A stretch of 64,000 nt of DNA from Tetramitus jugosus. Taxonomy: Eukaryota > Protista > Heterolobosea. The notes under the pieces were generated by a model. The model made no database searches. It was not told the origin of the DNA and worked only from the letters and a program-made list of their open reading frames with translations. Both the position numbers and the translations under genes were made by a program. The DNA lies in NCBI GenBank assembly GCA_937625935.1, contig OW569347.1, positions 186,001 to 250,000 on the forward strand, in the 5' to 3' direction. Positions 10,792 through 19,960 of this stretch are shown piece after piece; position 1 is the stretch's first letter; the number at the start of each line of letters is the position of its first letter.

Positions 10792-13541
10792 TTACAACTC
10801 ATCTTTTGGAGGCACTTCTTCACCAGTTGCTGGTTTGGATTCCTCAGCAGTGCTGTCTGATGATTCCGTAGTGTTATTTTCTCTCTCGTACTTTTGTCTC
10901 GTCTCATTCAACATCTTTTCAAGGTCAATCTGAGGTCTTGGCTTGTTGATGAGCAAGGTTCTTCGGGCCTTCAATGCAGAGCACTTTGAATGGAAATCAG
11001 AGTCAAGTGCGACTGGAGCTTGGTTAAGAGGAGTTGTGTTTTGCTTAGCAATAGTAGCACTCACCCAAGCATCTGTCTCCTTGGCCAAGTCAGACAGGTC
11101 AGACCATTCTTGATCAGTGATGTGAGTAGAAATAGTCTTGAAAACAGAAATATAGGTGATAGTATTGTTGATTTCATCACGGCACTTGGCGATAGCTTTG
11201 GTTCTCAATTGAACTTGGTTGTATCTGTCAAGAATTGGTTGACTTAGGTCAGTCAATCCCTTCAATTGATCTCTGTATGCTATCTCTCTTTCTCGAGAAA
11301 TAATGCTCTCATCATCGTTTTCACTCATCCACAAATCGGTTTCATCAATCTTTTGAATCAAGGCATTAGCTTCGCTCTCAACATAGAATGGCTTGTAAGT
11401 TTCATCCTCCAAGAGTTGGTATCTGTACTCATACAAAGTGCTCTCCAAGGTATTTCTAGCACCTGAGATGTCCTTCTTCAATTTTTCATACTCTTCCAAC
11501 TCGGTCATTTTTCGAGTAATAGACAGCTTTTGAGCATCGGTCAATGGCTGAACAACTGATAGAACTTTGACCTTAGTCTCCAACTCTACCTTGGACACCT
11601 TCTTCTCCTTCTTGTACTGAGGCTTCTCTTCCTCAGTGTTCTCGCCCTTGCCCTCTTCGGTTGCGGTTGCGTTTGCAGTTGTATTCTTCTTTGACTCGAC
11701 TCTAACTGTCACTGTTTGTTCTAGAATAGCAGTAGCAGAATCCAGTTTCAAGATTCCACTGTTATTCAATTCAAAAGTAACTCTGACCTTCTTGTTCTTG
11801 CCTCTATCATCCTCAAAAGTCCAGTTCGACATCACCTTGTTGACACCAATTACATTATACTCAGACAATAGCGATGACTGTGCAGTATAGCCAGCTGGAG
11901 CGGAATCATCGCTATACTTGACAGTGATGCTAAAGTCTTCCTCTCTAGGAACGTTGATTGACTTCTTGGAACCCAACTCGTCGTTCTTACCATAAAGATT
12001 CAACACCTTACTTTCAACATCAGAAGTTGATGGCTGTGAAAGCTTAAAATCAAGAGAGTATGGAAGTGTATCCTTGAAAGCGTAGGACTTCACACGGAAA
12101 GCAGGTGAGATGAAAGCACCATGGAAAGCAGAGCCGAGAGAAATAGCCTCATCAGCGTTCAAACTATAACCCAAATCTCTTCCCCACAAAAACTTCTTCA
12201 AGGATGCTTGAACAGCAGGAACACGAGAACCACCTCCCAACAATTCAAAAGCGTAAACCTGGTCTCTTCTGATACCAACTTGCTTCAATAGGGCATCCAA
12301 TGGCGCAGCTGCACGGTTAATCAAATCAGCGCACAGCTCGTCGAATTCGGCTCGTGTCACAGACATGACAAAATCCTTCTCATCATGCAAGCTCTCAACC
12401 ATTGCCACTGTATCAGTATTTGCACTCAAAACTTCCTTAGTCTTCTTTGCAGCTTCGGTCAATCTAGCCATCGCTCTAGGCACCTTTGTCAAATCAGTAC
12501 CAAATTTTTGTTTCCAATAATCGACAAACTTTTGTGCGAGTCTTGCTTCAAAAAGAGACCCACCCAAGCTTTGATCCCACTTGGTGCCATTGACAGTGAA
12601 CGTTCCGATATATTCGGAAGCCTTTGTGGTCTTGTTTGAATAGGTGACAAGTGCAACCTTGGTCGATGCGGCGCCCATATCATAAAATACAACAACTCTC
12701 TCAGGTTCATCCTTGAGGGTCTTGGAGTTTGTGAGACCGTATTGAAGGGCAATGGCTGTAGTTTCATGCATCAATGACAAAATTCTCAACTGTGCAATCG
12801 AAGCAGCATCATAAATGGCTTGTCTTTGCTCAATGGTGTAAAATGGAGGAACCTATATATGAAAAGAGCGACACATGAGAGTCAGCAACTACATTGCAAA
12901 ATCACGCACAAAAAACAATAGTGTTGTACTTGAACACACAATGATAGAATACATACAGTGATCACACAGTCATAAACAGGTGCCTTTGCCGAATCGGATG
13001 CCAACTGCTTAATATACTTGAAGATCATTGCAAACAATTCTTCGACTGAATAAACGGAAGGTGCAGCATTCTTGTCTTCACTCTTCACTTGAATATCAAT
13101 GGTTCCTCTCTCCTCATTCTTCACAAACTCAATCGGTATCTTCAAATCTTGAAATTGTTGTCTCACTGCTTCAGCACTTTGATCATATGATTTTCCAATC
13201 AACAAATTCAAATTTTTCAACATTTTATCAGGGAAACGAGTCGTCATTGATCTCGCATTCTCTCCAAAATATCTGTCTTTGCCTCTGAATCCAATCATGG
13301 CAGATGTTTTTCTCTTTGATTGTTCATTGAGAACGAGATCGATGGGTGAACCAGACTTGACCATTCCGACCTTGATCCACTCTGTTCCCAAATCGATACC
13401 AATGACAGCAGCAGCCTCAACAGAAGATTGACGGTGGTGACATTGAATGAAAAAGAGACAAAACAGAATGAGGACTAGTGAAGTGGCAAGAGAGCGTGTT
13501 ATGCTGCTTGCTTTAATTGTTGTTGTAGCTATCGTTGTCAT
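10792..13541 (-). CDS. HYOU1: ER Hsp70-family nucleotide exchange factor HYOU1/GRP170/Lhs1 (intron 12853-12956)
   Basis: Signal peptide, IGIDLGTEWIK, LNEQSKRKT, YDMGA, LLGGGSRVPAVQ, LNADEA, C-terminal KDEL. The intron joins CVIT/VPPFY. Confidence 0.93.
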
Positions 13542-13835
13542 TTTCCAAAACAAGTTGGATAATGTGTGTGCGAGTTTTTGGTTGTTGTTGTTTGGTTTTT
13601 TGATCGAATGTTTGATTGTTGTGTGTTTGATTTTTTTACACGTGCATTTGGCGAAACATGTGTGGAGGGAACACGTGTACTTTTTGGCGCCAAATACAAC
13701 GAGAGAGGAATCTATGGAAAGGAATGCCCTCGGCTTCCGGTCCGAACCACTTACGGGATAGTGACCGATAAAATACGAATAGAATGAGAACGATGTCTAG
13801 ATGTCTACAAGAGAGTTTATGACTGATGATACTGA

Positions 13836-14789
13836 TCAACTCAAGATACAAAAAGATGTCGGAGCTTGTTCAGTTGGTTGAGGTGGACCCACTGTGACTC
13901 CAAGAACGGATTGTCGATGACATGTGTAGAAACGCTTCAGTATTAGATTAGACATGAATGCCGCATTATCTGTAGTCAACTCAAAATAATCCAGAGGCAG
14001 TATTTCGAATGCTCGAACACAGTCCTTCAGGAATCTCTCTTTGGAAATGGGTGCATCGTGTGACCAATTTCCAACACCAACAATCGATAAACCTGTGCAA
14101 TTTTCTGAATCGTCAAGATTAAACATGGATTTAGCCTCTTTGAGTGAAGCCAAAGCCCTGGACAAAGAATTTGGACCGTATGAAGTGTAATGATGAGTGG
14201 TAGAATATGTGCTCTCATTCCAGGCATCTCTAGTGTCTATTGTGACTACCATGCATTCGCTCCTACGGTAGAACATTCTCGAAACGCTATGAAATCGCTC
14301 TGGTCCGGAACCACTCGTCCAAAACTCAAGTACCACATCGGGGGCGGTGTTTGGTCGTACAGACTTCATTCCAACATACATTAATTGAAGGCCCATCGTC
14401 GAAGAATTCTCCCAAACTGTTGGTACAACAAGTTCTTGAGTGATTAAGGCGTCAATCACTGGTTTGTTCATTGGGCTGCCTGGTGCAATGAACGCAATCT
14501 TTGATCTCATCTTAGTGTCATAACTGGGTGTGACTCTTTTGAACGGAAACTGATAAAGTGCACAATAGTCTCCCATTTCAGTACAACAATTTTGATCCGT
14601 CATGCTCGTTGATTGTGGCTCTCTGTTGAGTTCCATTATTGAGGCAAAATCTCTCTCTAAAAGTTCGGTCCATAGTGCCCGATTGTGTGTGATGAAATCA
14701 TAGGCAGTGGAATTTGTTTGAGAGTAGTGACAGATGTCGGGTGCAGGAAGAAAGAACAAAATCTGTATCAGTTCATCCCCACTGATCAT
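13836..14789 (-). CDS. F-box plus degenerate Rab/Ras-like GTPase domain with CaaX motif
   Basis: F-box-like DELIQILFFLPAPDICHYSQTN. LEFWTSGSGPERFHSVSRMFYRRSECMVVTID resembles the Rab switch II (WDTAGQERFxSxxxxYYRGA). Ends in CILS-stop. Confidence 0.7.
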   Translation of the reverse strand: MISGDELIQILFFLPAPDICHYSQTNSTAYDFITHNRALWTELLERDFASIMELNREPQSTSMTDQNCCTEMGDYCALYQFPFKRVTPSYDTKMRSKIAFIAPGSPMNKPVIDALITQELVVPTVWENSSTMGLQLMYVGMKSVRPNTAPDVVLEFWTSGSGPERFHSVSRMFYRRSECMVVTIDTRDAWNESTYSTTHHYTSYGPNSLSRALASLKEAKSMFNLDDSENCTGLSIVGVGNWSHDAPISKERFLKDCVRAFEILPLDYFELTTDNAAFMSNLILKRFYTCHRQSVLGVTVGPPQPTEQAPTSFCILS

Positions 14790-15329
14790 CGTTCTTTGTT
14801 TTTCTTTTTTGTTCCGCAAGAAAAGAAGTTAAACCAGAAGTATTTAGGCATGCACGGCGTTGTATTGAGCCTCCGTATTTATTGAGACGAGAACATCTTC
14901 ATATGATGTTCACGCCTGTTTGAATCTGCTGCACAGATACCTCAGAATGATCTCTGCAGGAATGGAGGACTGAATCAATCCAAAAATGAATCCCGGTTTG
15001 GTCGGTGCGCGAACAGGTCACCAGAAGCTTCGACCTTGGCGAACACACCATAAAAACAAACGTCCAACATTCCACGAACGACTTTCACAGCCACAACAAC
15101 AAAACAACACACACATCATCCTCTACAAATTAGTTGTAGTACGACTACCACGACACATCTCCCATTCATTCCTTTCAACTCCTCCTCCTCTCTCCATTTC
15201 TCTCCTTCCAAACACTTCCTGCTAGAGAGAAATTACTCCATCTGCATCGCAATTGTAAATAATAACACTCGTTTCTCCAAACAACCCTCCGATATTAATC
15301 AAATAAGATACTGTATAGTCATATCAACC

Positions 15330-15881
15330 ATGGTCTCTCATCATCATCACCACCACAATGAAAACGTTGACTCCAAGAACAATCATTCTCCGACAACTGC
15401 CGACATGATTGACTTGAGTCTAAAAGCCAAGAGCAACTTGAATGCTTCCATGCTTGAAATGGAAGCTAAGCAGGCTCAATCTACTTCTACGAGCCCAACT
15501 ACTACCACTACTTCTCCATCCTCCACTCCTACTACTACTACTACCACTACTTTGACAACTCCTTTAATTGAAGAAGGAAATGAAAACAGCAAAAAGCTTT
15601 CATTAGCAACAGGACCAGTTGTTGCCGCTCCTGCTGCGGGCATTCAAAAGAAGAGGAGAATGAAGAGCGCGGTTTCGAGTCTCAACACGAGTCGATGTTC
15701 CTCATGCAAGAAAAGACTGGGTCTCGCATCTACTTTTACGTGCAAGTGTGAACACTTGTTTTGTTCTGGGTGTAGAGCGCCAGAGGACCACACTTGCTCA
15801 TTTGACTTTAAAGCTGATGCCAAGAGGAAATTGGAGCTATTGAATCCCAAGGTTGGTTCGCTCAAGGTCAACCCGATTTGA
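15330..15881 (+). CDS. AN1-type zinc finger stress-associated protein
   Basis: RCSSCKKRLGLASTFTCKCEHLFCSGCRAPEDHTCSFDFK...NPKV...KVNPI. Confidence 0.9.
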   Translation: MVSHHHHHHNENVDSKNNHSPTTADMIDLSLKAKSNLNASMLEMEAKQAQSTSTSPTTTTTSPSSTPTTTTTTTLTTPLIEEGNENSKKLSLATGPVVAAPAAGIQKKRRMKSAVSSLNTSRCSSCKKRLGLASTFTCKCEHLFCSGCRAPEDHTCSFDFKADAKRKLELLNPKVGSLKVNPI

Positions 15882-16043
15882 AGCAGCACCACACATCAAC
15901 TCCTTTTCACTACTCCACCTTTTTTTTCTTCCATAGCACATCTCCCAATCACATCAATTTTGTAAATAAAAAATCAAACCAAATCACTGCCAGTGTCTTT
16001 CCTTACCAATCTGTGTGCAATTGTTGACTCAACTAATTCAACA

Positions 16044-16880
16044 ATGGCCACGAAACGATCGATCAAACGGCGGCCAATCAATGATGACTCTACTGATGAT
16101 AGTGCTGAAGGAGAACAACCATTGATAATGACACTCAATGATGTTCGCTTGCGTCACTCTCATGTCATACCTCATTTGATTCAAGATTTCTGTACAATGA
16201 GTGATAAAAGCTCAGCGTCGATTGAACACTATCCTATTGATGATCGAAGCAAGAGTGAGACGAGTCAACATGCATCGAAAAGTGAATTGAAACATTTGGA
16301 GCGCGTTTTACTATCGGATCAAGAATTGCTACAGCTGCAACAATTGATTGCTTATCACAACCATCAAAGCGAACAACATGTCAATGAAACGGAGAGGAAT
16401 ATCTCCAATACTAATAAGATTAACAACGAGAATAACGAACAGAATAGCATGGTTGATCAAAGATGCGAAAACAAAAATCAGGCAATTAATAACAAGAAAA
16501 AGCAGAGTAGTGGTGGTGGTGATAGTACTCGAAGACCTCACATGGAAAATGATATTGATCCTCTGTGGTATTTGGCAAATGGTCCACTCATCATTTTCCC
16601 ACCTGAGCAATTGTCTCGATTGACAATGAACGATATGGTTGATTACTATAGAGCGTATCCGACAATGAATTGGAGCAAGTATCCCAGACTGTACGAACAA
16701 ATTGTTCAAAATTTGACTGAGAGAGAAAGAAGTGATTTGCAACTGATGGATGAACAATATCGAAAACAAAACCAATTGAAGAGAAAGATATATCGGTTTT
16801 ACGTCCGGTTTCTTCGGCATTTTGACTTTTACAAGCTCGTCAAGTGGTTATTTACCTTTATTACAAGGATTGGGAGGTAA
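16044..16880 (+). CDS. Hypothetical protein
   Basis: Long ORF (track 15993-16880). ATG follows an AC-rich leader. No recognised domain. Confidence 0.6.
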   Translation: MATKRSIKRRPINDDSTDDSAEGEQPLIMTLNDVRLRHSHVIPHLIQDFCTMSDKSSASIEHYPIDDRSKSETSQHASKSELKHLERVLLSDQELLQLQQLIAYHNHQSEQHVNETERNISNTNKINNENNEQNSMVDQRCENKNQAINNKKKQSSGGGDSTRRPHMENDIDPLWYLANGPLIIFPPEQLSRLTMNDMVDYYRAYPTMNWSKYPRLYEQIVQNLTERERSDLQLMDEQYRKQNQLKRKIYRFYVRFLRHFDFYKLVKWLFTFITRIGR

Positions 16881-17005
16881 TAGGTTGCATTTTACCTTCC
16901 ACGGTGACCAACAGACAGGGACTCTACACACAACAAAACAACCCTCCTCCAGGTGGTTATTTTCGGGTCCCGGGCGAAAAACGCAGTTCAGATTTATTAT
17001 TGTAA

Positions 17006-17077
17006 GGGGGGTTAGCTCAGCGGTAGAGCATCTGACTCCAGATCAGCAGGTCGGGCGTTCAATTCGCTCACTCCTCA
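17006..17077 (+). tRNA. tRNA-Trp (CCA)
   Basis: Cloverleaf: acceptor GGGGGGT/ACTCCTC, D-stem GCTC/GAGC, anticodon arm TCTGA-CTCCAGA-TCAGC (27:43 is T:C), T-arm GGGCG-TTCAATT-CGCTC. Oligo-T runs downstream. Confidence 0.95.
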
Positions 17078-17233
17078 ATTCTATTTTGTTCTTCAACTTT
17101 TTTGCGACATCCAGTTATTTGGTCCAATGCGACATTGGAAGGATTGTGTTGCTAGTTGGAATTCTGACCCAGGTCCAGTCAGAATAAAAGCCTGACAGAA
17201 TGAAAGTGAAACACAGAGGAAAAACAAACACTA

Positions 17234-18235
17234 ATGTCAGCCTACGCTCAACAACACAACGACAGTTACCAAGTGATATCATCCACAACGACACCCATGT
17301 CTGCCATGAGTCCCTCTGATACAAGACACACTGCATATGAGACTTGTTTAACCGGTCTCGGTAATGCCATTGGTATCTTGTGCATGGCTCCATTCTGCTC
17401 TTTGAATCCCTACCGTGTCATCCAAGAGGGACACTTGGGAGTCATATTGAAATTTGGTCGCTTTGATCGAATTGTAAGGCCTGGTATTTACTATGTGAAT
17501 CTGATGTCTGAGAGCTTGACTGCGGTCAATGTTCAACTTCAAGTCGTGGATGTGAGAGGTCAGAGTATCATGACCAAAGACAATGTGAACATTGGTATTG
17601 ACTCGATTCTCTATTACAGGATTTCTGATGTCTACAAGGCAACATTTTGTGTCAAGGATGTCGAGCATGCAGTCGTTGAGCTCACACATACAACACTTAG
17701 GGATGTGTTGGGTAAGATGACTCTACAAGAGTGTGTAGAACACAGAGATATGCTTGCTCAAAAGGTTCGAGAAGCTGTTATTAAGCCAACTCATGAATGG
17801 GGAGTCGAAGTGGACAATATGCTCATCAAGGAGATTATATTTAGTACAGAGCTACAAACAACATTATCATCTGCAGCAAAGGCTAGACGTATGGCCGAAA
17901 GTAAGATTATTACTGCTCAGGCCGAAGTTGAGAGTGCAAAGCTTTTGAGAGCAGCATCTGATATTTTGAACACGGACGCAGCGATGCAGATTCGTTACTT
18001 GGAGACATTGTCAATGATTGCCAAGAATGCTGGAACCAAGGTTTTGTTTTTACCAACTGATCAACCAAGCTCACGATCACACGTCATGTTCCCTCAACAA
18101 TGTGTTCCTCCATCGACGAGTCAAGGCTATGGAACCATGAGCAATGAGGCTTCACAGTATGAGACAAGAGGACCCTCTTCGACTGAAAGAGCCATGAACA
18201 CTCTCATTACGTCCACTGTTCTTGATCAATTGTAA
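17234..18235 (+). CDS. Stomatin/SPFH (band 7) family protein
   Basis: GVILKFGRF...TKDNVNIGIDS...TTLRDVLG...WGVEV...AAMQIRYLETL. Confidence 0.92.
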   Translation: MSAYAQQHNDSYQVISSTTTPMSAMSPSDTRHTAYETCLTGLGNAIGILCMAPFCSLNPYRVIQEGHLGVILKFGRFDRIVRPGIYYVNLMSESLTAVNVQLQVVDVRGQSIMTKDNVNIGIDSILYYRISDVYKATFCVKDVEHAVVELTHTTLRDVLGKMTLQECVEHRDMLAQKVREAVIKPTHEWGVEVDNMLIKEIIFSTELQTTLSSAAKARRMAESKIITAQAEVESAKLLRAASDILNTDAAMQIRYLETLSMIAKNAGTKVLFLPTDQPSSRSHVMFPQQCVPPSTSQGYGTMSNEASQYETRGPSSTERAMNTLITSTVLDQL

Positions 18236-18366
18236 AATATGTAAGAAACAACTGTAGATATCATCCGTAACATAAAAGAACCGTATTCTGATTTCGCGAC
18301 GGACATTTGATTTCAATTCCAGCCCAAATAATTCACTCTCTAAAAAAAACACGATAAAGAAAACGA

Positions 18367-19224
18367 ATGATAACCAAACAACAATACCGAGCATCATTGC
18401 CATCATCAACAAGAATTGCTGCCATTCTTCTCCTCGTGTCAACCCTTGCTCTTCTGCTGCTGGATCACATGAGCAGTGCACTGACCATTCCAGGTGTCAC
18501 ACGGAGAATCGTGGAAAATTTTTCCGCAAACATTACAGTTTCCCTTGACCGGGTTCGCTTGGGTACTGGATTTTTGGATTTTTCATATGAGCGCAGAGCT
18601 TTGTATGCGTCCTTGACACTCTCCGCACCCAATTCTCCAAACGCTTTTCTTGATCGTTTCTTTGGAGAGGAGCTAGGCGATGGTAAGCTTGAGATTTTTG
18701 CTCAGATGAACAGAGATGGCACTTCTGTCGTCACTGTCTATGCCATCATTAATGATGGTCCTTGCTCTGTTTGGTCTCACTTTTATGAACCTAATCTACC
18801 AAAGCTTTTGCTCATCCCTGAGCCAGAAGAGGACAACATGAGCAACAACGACAATGACATTACTGTCAGTGATAATAACAATAGCACTGTTGTGAGTTGG
18901 CTCGTCAGTCCACTAGAGCTCAAAAACGGAGTTCATGTCTGTCATTGGAACATGAAGTGGAGAAGTAGCAAGAAGATTTCTGCTGACGGCACGACGACCA
19001 ATCCATCAAACGACTTGCTTATTCATGTGTACAAGAGTCTGTTTGATGAGGCATTGGTAGCTCTAAAGGTAGAAAACACACTGTATGGCACGTTTGAATT
19101 GGCCACGTTCAACGTGGACAATGTGGAGAAGAAACTGACAAAGATTGAGAGTGCTCGACAGAGACAAGCAATTATCAATCGATTAGATAACATTGTTCCG
19201 GACCGATGCCGCACGCAACTGTAG
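18367..19224 (+). CDS. Secreted or lysosomal hypothetical protein (possibly a divergent ependymin-like fold)
   Basis: N-terminal signal-like hydrophobic stretch, beta-rich, N-glycosylation sequons, ends IVPDRC. Family assignment is weak. Confidence 0.6.
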   Translation: MITKQQYRASLPSSTRIAAILLLVSTLALLLLDHMSSALTIPGVTRRIVENFSANITVSLDRVRLGTGFLDFSYERRALYASLTLSAPNSPNAFLDRFFGEELGDGKLEIFAQMNRDGTSVVTVYAIINDGPCSVWSHFYEPNLPKLLLIPEPEEDNMSNNDNDITVSDNNNSTVVSWLVSPLELKNGVHVCHWNMKWRSSKKISADGTTTNPSNDLLIHVYKSLFDEALVALKVENTLYGTFELATFNVDNVEKKLTKIESARQRQAIINRLDNIVPDRCRTQL

Positions 19225-19511
19225 TCTGTCACGCAACGCTTATCTAACCAGTCCGCACTCAGTAGAGAGGTTCTGGTTATTTGTGACGTTTGACTTTAGT
19301 GGCCTTTTTCAATCAGTATTGTTAGTGATTGGTGATGCAAACTCAAAATTCCGAACGAGGAGGTTTTTAAAGGAAAATTTGGGCTTTTTCCAGAGCGGTA
19401 GAAATAGAGCTCTGGTACTTGGCGTCGTTTTGATCTCACTATTCTTCCCCGGTAAATTATATTTCCAACAACAATAACAAACGTAACGAAATCAATATAT
19501 CCTCTCTCCAA

Positions 19512-19865
19512 ATGATTCCTCTTCGTATTGGTTCCTCTTCCCTCCAAGTGTTAAAGGTGAGAGTCTCTTCTGTTCGTGTCATGAGAATGTGCGTGCCCAG
19601 TGGTCGTACACAAGTCAGAACCTTTTTGAAGCAAGACTTTTCAGAAGAAGAGAATATAGAGACTGCTGAGCACTGGAATCTGGGATCTTCATCTGCAGAC
19701 ACTGGTTTGACAACCGATCGGTATGAGATGAACAATGATGCAATTCGGAGCTCATCTTCTTCCTCGGAGCACATCGAGTCCATTGACAATCGATTAGGTG
19801 CAGCTGCAGCTCATGCATCAATGGATATATTGATGAATGCATCATCTTCTGCAAGACAGGAATAG
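19512..19865 (+). CDS. Small hypothetical protein, possible mitochondrial presequence
   Basis: 117 aa. R/S/V-rich N-terminus with no acidic residues. Fills the gap before the convergent CABIN1 gene. Confidence 0.35.
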   Translation: MIPLRIGSSSLQVLKVRVSSVRVMRMCVPSGRTQVRTFLKQDFSEEENIETAEHWNLGSSSADTGLTTDRYEMNNDAIRSSSSSSEHIESIDNRLGAAAAHASMDILMNASSSARQE

Positions 19866-19960
19866 GAAGTTTAAAGTCTGTTTGATAATGTGTGTAAAAT
19901 AAATGTATGATAGTTAATAGAGTAGAGTTGAGTGCGCATGGCACTTGTTTAAATAATTTA

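Noticed and set aside
15023-15032. Heat-shock-element-like AGAAGCTTCG upstream of the AN1 gene
   Set aside because: Only two nGAAn units, which is expected by chance.
17108-17190. Two small hairpins downstream of tRNA-Trp (possible dicistronic tRNA-snoRNA)
   Set aside because: They lie beyond an oligo-T Pol III terminator, the stems are only 7-8 bp, and there are no convincing boxes.
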